64,000 nucleotides of DNA, taken from contig JAFYHI010000052.1 in assembly GCA_017539215.1 (NCBI GenBank), forward strand, positions 17,270-81,269, written 5' to 3'. Position 1 is the first letter of the stretch; each line of letters starts with the position of its first letter. The DNA comes from Clostridia bacterium (GTDB lineage Bacteria; Bacillota; Clostridia; Christensenellales; CAG-138). This document shows positions 46,737 through 54,753 of this stretch, piece after piece. The notes under the pieces were generated by a model. The model was not told the origin of the DNA. It did not search any database and worked only from the letters and a program-made list of their open reading frames with translations. Position numbers and translations under genes: made by a program.

Positions 46737-47336
46737 ATGCCGGTTTCAGCATTTTTATCGCTTTCGGCCGCTCTTGCCGCGGGAAGCGGCGCTCTCGGAG
46801 CAGGTCTTGAAAGGCTCGGCGTTTCCAAAAGGGCGGCGGTGTTCTTCCTCATATCCGCCGCCGCGCTGTCGGGATTTGAGATCGCGGCCTTCGGCACGGC
46901 GTTTTTCAGCCCCGCCTGCCTGCTTTGCGCAGCGGCCGGAGCGACCCCGCTTTATTTACGGCGGGGAAGAGCGCAAAAGATCCTCGCGGCGCTGCCCGCC
47001 CTCGGCGCGGCGCTTGCCGCAGGCGCCGCGCTTGCACCCCTCTTTGCGTCGAGCCTGCCCGCCGCATACTACGCCGCCGGGCTTGCGGGGTCGCTCACCG
47101 CGTTCGTCCCGCGCGTACGCGAACGGGGCGCGGCGTTCGTCTGCGCCTGGGCGCCGATAATCGGCTCCGTCCTTGCGTACGCTTTGCCCGCTCCCTTCGG
47201 CGGCGCGCCGTTCCTCACGTTATCCGACTCCGTTTTATCCGCTCAAATCACGGGTTTTCTGTCGATTGCCGTACTGTCGTCCGCATTTTCCCGTACGCCC
47301 GTACGACGCCCTTCGGACGACTGTACGACAGCATGA
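46737..47336 (+). CDS. hypothetical Ala/Gly/Leu-rich polytopic membrane protein
   Basis: 199 aa with about 6 hydrophobic segments. SD GGGAGG is 7 nt upstream of ATG 46737. No motif I recognise. The coding call is tentative given the high-GC background. Confidence 0.45.
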   Translation: MPVSAFLSLSAALAAGSGALGAGLERLGVSKRAAVFFLISAAALSGFEIAAFGTAFFSPACLLCAAAGATPLYLRRGRAQKILAALPALGAALAAGAALAPLFASSLPAAYYAAGLAGSLTAFVPRVRERGAAFVCAWAPIIGSVLAYALPAPFGGAPFLTLSDSVLSAQITGFLSIAVLSSAFSRTPVRRPSDDCTTA

Positions 47337-47341
47337 CCGCG

Positions 47342-47403
47342 TCATAACGGCCCCGGCCCCCGCATAGTATTGACCGAGCAAAACCAAGGGGGCTGTGCCA
47401 ATG
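47342..47403 (+). promoter_or_regulatory. candidate sporulation-sigma (SigE-like) promoter and leader of the spoIIIA operon; copy A of the shared module
   Basis: TCATAAC (47342-47348), 14 nt, CATAGTAT (47363-47370). Compare the SigE-type pattern ATA-N16-18-CATAcanT. There is no SigA-like -35. Leader CGCATAGTATTGACCGAGCAAAACCAAGGGGG is nearly identical to 36542-36503 on the minus strand. Confidence 0.35.
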
Positions 47404-48288
47404 AAAACACGATTCGAAAAGCTGCTCTCGTTTCTGCCGGAACGCATCGCCCGCGCTGCGGCCTCGGCCGCAGGCGGCGCGGCGGTGGAGGAGCTGCGTC
47501 TGCGCACCGCAAGACCGCCCCAGCTCGTGTTCGCCAACGGCGACGCGTTGGCCGAGGGCGTTGTTTTTACGCCCGACGACGCCAAAGAACTGCTGGAGCG
47601 GCTTTGCCGGCACTCGGTCTATTCGCACGGAGAGGAGCTTGCAAACGGCTTTATAACCGTCGACGGCGACTCCCGCGTGGGGGTCTGCGGCAGGCCCGTC
47701 ACGGAGGGGGGCAGGGTCGTCAGGCTGACCGAGATAACGGGCTTCAATATGCGCGTTTCATACGAGGCCGTGGGCTGCGCCGAGGCGGTGATGGGCCTTT
47801 TGACGGAGGGCGGCTCGCCCGTTTCCACGCTGATAGCCGCGCCGCCGTCGGGCGGCAAAACAACGCTCCTGCGGGACGCCGCAAGATGCTTTTCGTACGG
47901 CGTCGGCGCCCGCCCCGTCAAGGTGGCGGTAGCGGACGAACGCGGCGAGCTTGCCGGGTTTATCGACGGAGCGCCCTCGTTTGACCTCGGCCCGCGCACC
48001 GACGTTATGGAGCTTTGCCCCAAGGCGGCGGCGATACCCATGCTCATACGCTCCATGAGCCCCGACCTTGTCATAACCGACGAGGTGGGCGGCGGCGCCG
48101 ACGCCGAGGCGCTCTCGGAGGCCGCGCGGTGCGGCGTCAGGGTCATTGCCTCCGCTCACGCCTCCTCGGGCGAGGAGCTGTTGGCGCGAAAGGACCTAAA
48201 GCCCATATTGAACTGCGGCGCATTTACGCGGGTGCTGCTGCTGAAAAGGAGCGGCAGCAGGCTCACCGTCTGCCCCGTGGCGCTGTGA
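47401..48288 (+). CDS. spoIIIAA: stage III sporulation protein AA (ATPase)
   Basis: About 295 aa. Walker A APPSGGKTTLLRD, Walker B LVITDEVG. First gene of an eight-gene array. ATG 47401 is preferred over GTG 47395 because of SD spacing. Confidence 0.9.
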   Translation: MKTRFEKLLSFLPERIARAAASAAGGAAVEELRLRTARPPQLVFANGDALAEGVVFTPDDAKELLERLCRHSVYSHGEELANGFITVDGDSRVGVCGRPVTEGGRVVRLTEITGFNMRVSYEAVGCAEAVMGLLTEGGSPVSTLIAAPPSGGKTTLLRDAARCFSYGVGARPVKVAVADERGELAGFIDGAPSFDLGPRTDVMELCPKAAAIPMLIRSMSPDLVITDEVGGGADAEALSEAARCGVRVIASAHASSGEELLARKDLKPILNCGAFTRVLLLKRSGSRLTVCPVAL

Positions 48289-48770
48289 GCGCGGCAAGGC
48301 TCGTTCTGGCGCTCGCCTCTGTCGCCGCGTGCGCGGCCTTCGGCAGGCTGGCGGTGTCGGAGGACCGCAAAAAGCTCAGCACGACCGAAGCGTTTTCGGC
48401 TTCGCTCCTTGAGGCGGAGCGGCGCATTCGCATAGACCGGCTCCCGCTTACGGAGCTTGCAAAGGCGATAGCCGACGAAGCCCCGGAAAGTCCCCTTCCG
48501 CAGATGCTGACGCTGATCTGCGAGGGCAGGCGCGACGCCGCCTGCGGGCTTTCGTCAATGCTCGTCCCCGCCGCGCAGACGCCCGCCGCAGAGCTTATTC
48601 GGGGCATGGGCCGGGGCGACGTCAGCGCCGAAACGCAAAGGCTTGCGCTTGCGGTGGAGCGCATTGGCGCGGCTGCCTGCAAAGCGCGCGAGCAGCATGA
48701 AAAAAGCGCGCGCCTGACAAATGCGCTCTCGCTTATGCTCGGGGTTGGCGCGGCGCTCGTCATACTTTGA
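48285..48770 (+). CDS. spoIIIAB: stage III sporulation protein AB
   Basis: 161 aa with TM helices at both ends and a GspF-like helical middle. Position in the operon. The GTG start overlaps the AA stop (GTGA). Confidence 0.8.
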   Translation: MSAARLVLALASVAACAAFGRLAVSEDRKKLSTTEAFSASLLEAERRIRIDRLPLTELAKAIADEAPESPLPQMLTLICEGRRDAACGLSSMLVPAAQTPAAELIRGMGRGDVSAETQRLALAVERIGAAACKAREQHEKSARLTNALSLMLGVGAALVIL

Positions 48771-48786
48771 TCCATGCGAGGTACAA

Positions 48787-48981
48787 ATGGGCATTGAGGT
48801 AGTCATGAAATTAGCGGGCATAGGCTTTTTGACCGCGGTCGCGTGCCAGCTTTTGAAGCAGGCGGGCCGCGAGGATATCGCCATGATGACGGCGCTTGCG
48901 GGGCTCGTCATAGTGCTTGTCACGGTCGTTTCAATGGTGGGCCAGCTGATGCAGTCCGTGCGCGGAGTGTTCGGCCTGTGA
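48787..48981 (+). CDS. spoIIIAC: stage III sporulation protein AC
   Basis: 64 aa. MGIEVVMKLAGIGFLTAVACQLLKQAGREDIAMMTALAGLVIVLV is a typical two-TM SpoIIIAC. Confidence 0.9.
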   Translation: MGIEVVMKLAGIGFLTAVACQLLKQAGREDIAMMTALAGLVIVLVTVVSMVGQLMQSVRGVFGL

Positions 48982-49379
48982 CGGCGGACCCCTTTGCGGT
49001 CGCAGGAGCCGCGGTGGTCTGTGCGCTGCTTGCGCTGTCCCTGCGCCCGTTCGGCGGCGGCCTTGCCGAAAGGACGGCGCTCGTTGGCGGGCTGATACTT
49101 CTAATGTGGGCGGCGGGAGAGATCAGCGGCGTTTTTTCCCGCATACGCGCGCTTTTGCAGCAGGCCCCGGGCTTTGACGGCGCGGCGTCGCTCGCGCTTA
49201 AAGTCACGGGCGTCGCCTACGTTGCCCAGACCGCCTCCGACCTCTGCCGCGACTGCGGCGAGGAGGGCCTTGCCTCAAAGAGCGAGCTGTGCGGCAGACT
49301 GCTTATGCTGATCGCCGTAATGCCTCAGCTTACTTCGCTTGCATCGCGCCTCATTGCCCTTGCGGAGGAACTGCTGTGA
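48978..49379 (+). CDS. spoIIIAD: stage III sporulation protein AD
   Basis: 133 aa, four TM segments. SDLCRDCGEEGLASKSELCGR resembles the conserved SpoIIIAD loop. GTGA overlap with AC. Confidence 0.85.
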   Translation: MTADPFAVAGAAVVCALLALSLRPFGGGLAERTALVGGLILLMWAAGEISGVFSRIRALLQQAPGFDGAASLALKVTGVAYVAQTASDLCRDCGEEGLASKSELCGRLLMLIAVMPQLTSLASRLIALAEELL

Positions 49380-50635
49380 CCCGCGCAAAGACCGCCGCCC
49401 TGTTCGCGGCTTTGGCGCTTGCCCTGCTTGCGGCCTTCGCCCCGCCCGCTGCGGCGCAGACCGCCCCGCCCGCGCCTTATTCGGAGGACCCGGCGCAGAC
49501 CGCCCCGCCCGCGCCTTATTCGAATGACCCGGCGTACCCGTCGGCCGAGCCGCTTGCACCGGAGCTTTCAGACGAGCTTTCCCGCCAGACGGAGCTTTTG
49601 GACCTGTCCCCGTGGGAAAGGTATTTTGCGGACGCGAAGGCGTTTTTGGGACGGAGCTTTCAAAGCGTCGACGAAGCGCTCGTGTCCCTTGCGGAGGGCG
49701 GCGGAGAGGAGCCGGGCGGCATACTTTCGGCGGCAGCAGCGGCGGCCGTGCGTGAACTGCGGCCCGCGCTCGCGTCCTGCGCCGTGCTCGTGCTCGCGGG
49801 GCTTCTGACCACGATGGCCTCGGGCGTTCCGGACGAGGGCATAAAAGGCACGCTAACGCTTGCGCTGCTTGCGGTGTGCGCCGGGGCCGCGCTCGAACGG
49901 TTCATATCGCTTGCGCACACGGCGTTTGAGGCGGTCTCTATGACTTCCGATTTTGCCGAAAGCACGCTGCCCGTCGTAAGCACGCTGCTCACGCTGACGG
50001 GCGCTGACGCGGCGCAGGGGCTTTTTCACCCGCTGATGAGTTTCTTATCCGGCACGGTGATCGCGGTAATTTCCCGAGCCGCGCTGCCTCTCTCCTGCGC
50101 CTGCGGTATGCTTCGCGCGGCGGATCCGATCGCGGGCGAGGGCAGGCTTGCGGGCCTTTCGCGGCTGATAAGCCGTGCGGTCAAATGGCTTTTGGGGCTC
50201 GTTTCGGCGGTCTATTTCGCGGTGACTCAGGTGCGCGGCCTCAACGCCGCCGCCCGTGACGGAGTGGCTGTACGCACGGCAAGATATGCCATCGACAGAC
50301 TCGTGCCCGTGGTGGGATCCATGGTCAGCGGCACGGTGGACGGGGTCATGGCATGCTCCCTGCTGATACGAAACGGCGCGGGCACGCTTGCGCTCATACT
50401 GCTGTTTTCGGCGGCGCTCAAGCCGCTTATGGTCCTGGGGTTCGGCGCTTTGAGCTTCAGAGCCGCCGCCGCGCTCTGCCGCCCCGCCTGCGGCCCGCGG
50501 GTGTACGCGCTGTATTCCGGCCTTGCGGATACGGCCTCGGAGCTGTTCGCCTGCACCGCCGCGGCGGTGCTGCTGTTAACGCTTACCCTGTGTGTGTTTC
50601 TGGCCTCGGGCGGCGCCGCCGCCGGCCTATGGTGA
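49376..50635 (+). CDS. spoIIIAE: stage III sporulation protein AE
   Basis: 419 aa with a signal peptide and a polytopic membrane domain. Position in the operon. GTGA overlap with AD. Confidence 0.85.
   Translation: MTRAKTAALFAALALALLAAFAPPAAAQTAPPAPYSEDPAQTAPPAPYSNDPAYPSAEPLAPELSDELSRQTELLDLSPWERYFADAKAFLGRSFQSVDEALVSLAEGGGEEPGGILSAAAAAAVRELRPALASCAVLVLAGLLTTMASGVPDEGIKGTLTLALLAVCAGAALERFISLAHTAFEAVSMTSDFAESTLPVVSTLLTLTGADAAQGLFHPLMSFLSGTVIAVISRAALPLSCACGMLRAADPIAGEGRLAGLSRLISRAVKWLLGLVSAVYFAVTQVRGLNAAARDGVAVRTARYAIDRLVPVVGSMVSGTVDGVMACSLLIRNGAGTLALILLFSAALKPLMVLGFGALSFRAAAALCRPACGPRVYALYSGLADTASELFACTAAAVLLLTLTLCVFLASGGAAAGLW
49453..49530 (+). repeat. 39-bp tandem duplication inside spoIIIAE (encodes AQTAPPAPYS(E/N)DP twice)
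   Basis: ggcgcagaccgccccgcccgcgccttattcggaggaccc followed by ggcgcagaccgccccgcccgcgccttattcgaatgaccc. About 2 mismatches in 39. Confidence 0.9.
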
Positions 50636-50639
50636 TAGA

Positions 50640-50804
50640 ATGCTCAGCGGATTCGTAACAAACCTGATCGCCCTGTCTGCGGGCTTTACGGCGCTGGAAG
50701 CGCTCCTTCCGGGCGGACGCGCTTCGCTTGCGGCGCGGCGATACTTCGCGCTCATAATGACCTGCGCTTTGACAGAGCCTCTGCTTGCGCTTCTGGAGGC
50801 GTGA
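50640..50804 (+). CDS. spoIIIAF: stage III sporulation protein AF, short form (N-terminal membrane hairpin only)
   Basis: 54 aa. MLSGFVTNLIALSAGFTALEALLPGGRASLAARRYFALIMTCALTEPLL resembles the N-terminal 50 aa of SpoIIIAF (…E.LLP…Y…). No C-terminal soluble domain is encoded before spoIIIAG starts. Confidence 0.65.
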   Translation: MLSGFVTNLIALSAGFTALEALLPGGRASLAARRYFALIMTCALTEPLLALLEA

Positions 50805-50805
50805 C

Positions 50806-51198
50806 ATGCAAATCCCGAACGCCGTCAAAAAACTCTCCAAAAACGCCCGTATCGCAGCGGCTGCCGCAGCGCTTCTCATCGCGGCGCTGGCGATCGCGCC
50901 TGCGCTGCGCACGGACGGAGACGCCGCTTCCGCGCCCCAAAACGAGGCCCGGCTCGAGGCCCGGCTTGAGGACATACTCGCAAAGATAGACGGCGCGGGC
51001 AGCGTGCGCGTGTTTTTGACCTGCGAGGACGCGGGCCCGTCCTCAGTATTCGGCGAAAGCCGAAGCACCGCCGTCCGCGGCGCAATAATCGTTTCGAGCG
51101 GGGCAAGGGACATCGCCGTAATGAACGCCCTGCGCGAGGCGGCGGTAAAGGCGCTTGGCCTGCCCGCGTCCTCTGTAGGCGTCTTCCCAATGGAATAA
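50806..51198 (+). CDS. spoIIIAG: stage III sporulation protein AG
   Basis: 130 aa with an N-terminal TM helix. LEARLEDILAKIDGAGSVRVFL ... VRGAIIVSSGARDIAVMNALREAVKALGLPASSVGVFPM is a typical AG ring-building domain. SD GGAGG. Confidence 0.85.
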   Translation: MQIPNAVKKLSKNARIAAAAAALLIAALAIAPALRTDGDAASAPQNEARLEARLEDILAKIDGAGSVRVFLTCEDAGPSSVFGESRSTAVRGAIIVSSGARDIAVMNALREAAVKALGLPASSVGVFPME

Positions 51199-51218
51199 CT
51201 CAAAGAAAGGTGGAACCC

Positions 51219-51743
51219 ATGGAAAAATTAAAGACAAACAAACGCTTTTTCATCGTGCTCGGCTTCGCGCTCCTGCTGCTTGCGGGGGCCGTGTTCATGG
51301 ACCTGAAGCTCGGCAAAGCCAAAACGGAGCCCGCAGAACAGGGCGCGGAGCTTTCCCCGACGGAGGCGCCGGTCAGCGCGGTCATGGCGGGGATCAACGG
51401 GTATTTCAACGAATTCCGCGACGAGCGCAGCCGCGTCCGCGCGCAGGAGATAGACTATCTGCGTTCGGTCATCAACTCCGAAAACACCGATGCAGACGCC
51501 CTTGAGGACGCCCGTGGACGGCTTTTTGAGCTGGTCTCGAACATGGAAAAGGAGTTCACCATCGAAAGCCGTATCCGCGGCAAGGGCTTTACGGATGCGG
51601 CGGCCTCGGTCAAGGACGGCTCGGCGTCGGTCGTAATAGACGGCGCGTCGCTTTCGGATGAGGAGGTGGCCCGCATACTTGACATAATCATAGCCGAAAC
51701 GGGGCTGCCCGCAAGCGCAGTCAGCATTTCTCCGGGGGCATAG
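51219..51743 (+). CDS. spoIIIAH: stage III sporulation protein AH
   Basis: 174 aa with an N-terminal TM helix. YFNEFRDERSRVRAQEIDYLRSVI and ESRIRGKGFTDAAASV..GSASVVI are typical of SpoIIIAH. SD AAAGGTGG. Confidence 0.85.
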   Translation: MEKLKTNKRFFIVLGFALLLLAGAVFMDLKLGKAKTEPAEQGAELSPTEAPVSAVMAGINGYFNEFRDERSRVRAQEIDYLRSVINSENTDADALEDARGRLFELVSNMEKEFTIESRIRGKGFTDAAASVKDGSASVVIDGASLSDEEVARILDIIIAETGLPASAVSISPGA

Positions 51744-51777
51744 GGCCAAATAAATTTTGCGGCGGCGCATTGAGTGC

Positions 51778-51806
51778 TTTACAAGGGACTAAAAATTTGT
51801 TATAAT
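51778..51806 (+). promoter_or_regulatory. predicted SigA promoter with extended -10
   Basis: TTTACA (51778-51783), 17 nt, TGtTATAAT (-10 hexamer 51801-51806). Confidence 0.6.
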
Positions 51807-51836
51807 TCAGTATCAATGTTCAGGAGGTTTTCCGCA

Positions 51837-52265
51837 ATGGATCACGATACCGAAGTAGTAACCGACATCAGCGTTACCGAAAACGGCAAGGTCGTTTTCG
51901 CACCCGACGTCGTCGCCACCATAGCCGGGCTTGCCGCGTCCGAGGTAAAGGGCGTATCGGGGCTTGCCGGCACCGTTATTGAGGGCATTTCCGGCATTTT
52001 CACCAAGAACAATATGACAAAGGGCGTGCATGTGGAGGTCGGCCGTGAAGAGGCGGCGGTGGATATCAGCATCAACGTAAAGTACGGTTCCCGCATACAG
52101 GACGTGTGCTCCGAGGTGCAGAACGCCGTAAAGTCCGCCATCGAAACCATGACCTCCCTTAAAGTTGTCGAGGTAAACGTGCTGGTCCAGAACGTCACAT
52201 TCGACGAGCCCGAGAAGCCCGAAAAGAAAAAGGACAGACCCGAGATCGAAGCGAGGGTCAGGTAA
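51837..52265 (+). CDS. Asp23/Gls24-family envelope stress response protein
   Basis: GKVVFAPDVVATIAGLAASEVKGVSGLAG...GVHVEVGREEAAVDISINVKYGSRIQDVCSEVQNAVKSAIETMT. SD CAGGAGG. Confidence 0.9.
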   Translation: MDHDTEVVTDISVTENGKVVFAPDVVATIAGLAASEVKGVSGLAGTVIEGISGIFTKNNMTKGVHVEVGREEAAVDISINVKYGSRIQDVCSEVQNAVKSAIETMTSLKVVEVNVLVQNVTFDEPEKPEKKKDRPEIEARVR

Positions 52266-52298
52266 CAGCTCCGAGTCGGAAGCGGAAAGGGGTCTCTT

Positions 52299-52880
52299 AT
52301 GAAAACCGGTTTATTAGACAGGCTGCTTCTGGGCCTTGTGCTGCTGCTGTTCATCGCCTGCATGACGGTGGTCATACTGTGCTGCATCGGCGTTATACCC
52401 GCCTCCGGCATAATCGCCATTGCAGAGGGGCTGTCAGACGGCGGCGTGCGTGCCGTGTTCCTGCGCGTGCTTATAACGGTCGTCGCCGCGGTGCTTGCTT
52501 TTGCCGCGGGCAGGCTGCTCTTTACGGGCGGCAAAAAGCGCGGGGGCGAGCAGACCCTCAATGCGTCCATGCTTTCGTCTGACGAGCACGGCTCCGCCTA
52601 TATCAGCGCGGCCTCCATCGACAGCATGGCGCAGAAATATGTAAAGGCCAACAAGTGCATTAGGGAGTGCGCCAGCAAGGTCACGGTCAACGCCGACAGC
52701 ACCGTTTCGGTTTCGCTGAAGGCGGTCGTGCTTGCGGATACCAATATTCCGGAGCTGTGCGATACCGTACGCACGGAGCTTAAAAACTATATCGAAAACT
52801 ACGCGGGCGTAAAGGTGGACAAGATCGCCTTTACGGTGGTCAACACATACACTCCCACCACCGCCGCAAGGGTCAACTGA
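52299..52880 (+). CDS. alkaline shock response membrane anchor protein AmaP-like
   Basis: 193 aa with two N-terminal TM helices followed by an Asp23-like soluble part. The position directly after asp23 is typical for AmaP. Confidence 0.55.
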   Translation: MKTGLLDRLLLGLVLLLFIACMTVVILCCIGVIPASGIIAIAEGLSDGGVRAVFLRVLITVVAAVLAFAAGRLLFTGGKKRGGEQTLNASMLSSDEHGSAYISAASIDSMAQKYVKANKCIRECASKVTVNADSTVSVSLKAVVLADTNIPELCDTVRTELKNYIENYAGVKVDKIAFTVVNTYTPTTAARVN

Positions 52881-52889
52881 GGGCAGTAG

Positions 52890-53297
52890 ATGAGCAGGAA
52901 GTCAGCAAGAGAGATCGCCATGAAAATGGCGTATGAAAAGTTTTTCAATACCGAGGACACCTATGCCACGGTGTGCGAGATATCCGGCGCGGAGGGCGAG
53001 CCCTCACCCGAGGATATCGATTTTGCAAACGGCATTGCGGACGGGATCGAAAGCAACGGCCCCGAGATAGACGCGCTCATCGCCGCCGCATCCAACGGCT
53101 GGGCGCTCGAGCGTATGCCCATGGTGGACCTTTCCATACTGCGCGTCGCCGTGTACGAGCTTATGTTCGACAAAAAAGCGCCGCAAAAGGTCATCATCAA
53201 CGAGGCCGTGCGCATAGCCGGCAAGTACGGCGGTGACGACTCGCCCCGTTTTATTAACGGCGTACTGGGCAATATCGCCCGCGCGGAAGCGAAATAA
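52890..53297 (+). CDS. nusB: transcription antitermination factor NusB
   Basis: 135 aa. MSRKSAREIAMKMAY..., ...ILRVAVYEL..., ...INEAVRIAGKYGGDDSPRFINGVLG. Confidence 0.95.
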   Translation: MSRKSAREIAMKMAYEKFFNTEDTYATVCEISGAEGEPSPEDIDFANGIADGIESNGPEIDALIAAASNGWALERMPMVDLSILRVAVYELMFDKKAPQKVIINEAVRIAGKYGGDDSPRFINGVLGNIARAEAK

Positions 53298-53300
53298 GCC

Positions 53301-54521
53301 ATGGCCGGTGAGACCGTTTTTACAGTTGCCGGCCTTAACGAGTACGCCGCGGGCGTGCTTTCAAACGATATCCGGCTGCGAAGCGTAAGGGTGTCCGGTG
53401 AAATCAGCGGCTTTAAGCGGCATTCATCCGGGCATCTGTATTTTAATTTGAAGGACAGCATGGCCGTCATACCCTGCGTCATGTTCCGTTCGCACGCTGC
53501 AAGGCTCAGGGGCGAGTTTGCGGACGGGCTGCACGTTACCGTGCACGGCTCCGTGTCCATCTACCCCAAGGACGGCAAATATCAGCTTTACGCCGACGGA
53601 ATGAAGCCGGACGGCGAGGGCGAGCTTTACAGACAGTTCCTGCTTTTGCAGCAGCGTCTCGGGCAGGAGGGCCTTTTTGATGAATCGCGCAAGCGGCCCC
53701 TGCCGCTGCTTCCCCGTGTGATAGGGGTGGCTACCAGCGAAATGGGCGCCGCCATACGTGATATTGTCACCGTGATCCGCCGCAGGTTCCCGGGCATGAA
53801 CGTGCTGCTCGCGCCCTGCCTCGTTCAGGGCGAGGACGCTCCCGCGGATATAATCGCCGCGATAAACGCGCTGCAGCGCTTCCCCGAGGTGGACGTGATA
53901 ATTGCGGGGCGCGGGGGCGGCAGCTATGAGGACCTGAGCTGTTTTAACGACGAGGGCGTGGCAAGGGCTATAGCCGCAAGCCGCGTTCCGGTCGTAAGCG
54001 CGGTTGGGCACGAGACCGATACCACCATTGCCGACTTTGCCGCAGACAGGCGCGCGCCGACCCCTTCAGCCGCGGCGGAGCTCTGCTGCCCGGTATATGA
54101 CGACCTTCTCGGCCAGACGGAGTATTTATGCTCCGTCTGCACCCGCACGGCGGAGGCGGCGCTCATATCGGCACGCAGCTCCCTTGACGCCGCAATGGGC
54201 TCGGCTGCCATGGCAAACCCGCATCACAGCATCATACTAAGGCGCGAAAGGGCTTCGGCCTGTACCGCGCTCATCAGACAGGGCGCGGCAAACGCGCTTG
54301 CCTCCTCGCGTGAAAGGCTCGCGGGGGCGTCGGCAAGGCTCGCTTCGCTCAGCCCGCGGGCGGTGCTCGAACGCGGTTACGCCATATTGACGGACGATTC
54401 TGGCGCGGTCACGGGCATAGACTCCCTCAAAGAGGGGCAAAGCATAGGCATAGTGATGGCCGGGGGCAGGGCCTCCGCATCCGTCACGGCCGTTTTCAAA
54501 GGACGGGAAAATGAACGTTGA
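53301..54521 (+). CDS. xseA: exodeoxyribonuclease VII large subunit
   Basis: 406 aa. N-terminal OB fold (VRVSGEISGFKRHSSGHLYFNLKD) and catalytic core (IIAGRGGGSYEDLSCFNDE, VVSAVGHETDTTIADF). Confidence 0.95.
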   Translation: MAGETVFTVAGLNEYAAGVLSNDIRLRSVRVSGEISGFKRHSSGHLYFNLKDSMAVIPCVMFRSHAARLRGEFADGLHVTVHGSVSIYPKDGKYQLYADGMKPDGEGELYRQFLLLQQRLGQEGLFDESRKRPLPLLPRVIGVATSEMGAAIRDIVTVIRRRFPGMNVLLAPCLVQGEDAPADIIAAINALQRFPEVDVIIAGRGGGSYEDLSCFNDEGVARAIAASRVPVVSAVGHETDTTIADFAADRRAPTPSAAAELCCPVYDDLLGQTEYLCSVCTRTAEAALISARSSLDAAMGSAAMANPHHSIILRRERASACTALIRQGAANALASSRERLAGASARLASLSPRAVLERGYAILTDDSGAVTGIDSLKEGQSIGIVMAGGRASASVTAVFKGRENER

Positions 54522-54753
54522 AGAGATCGAAAAGCTGAAGTACGAACAGGCGTTTTCGCGCCTGGAGGAGATCGTTGCCGCAATGGGCGGCGCGTCGGTG
54601 CCGCTTGATGAGCTGATGGACCTTTACGAGGAGGGCATGCGGCTTTCGGCGCACTGCGAAAAGCTGCTTAAAAGCTACGACGCAAGGCTTGAAAAGGTCG
54701 CGCGCAAGGCCGCCTCCGGTGAGGGAGACGGCACGGAAAGCGGGGAGGAGTAA
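54511..54753 (+). CDS. xseB: exodeoxyribonuclease VII small subunit
   Basis: 80 aa. YEQAFSRLEEIVAAM...LDELMDLYEEGMRLSAHCEKLL. Overlaps the end of xseA. Confidence 0.9.
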   Translation: MNVEEIEKLKYEQAFSRLEEIVAAMGGASVPLDELMDLYEEGMRLSAHCEKLLKSYDARLEKVARKAASGEGDGTESGEE

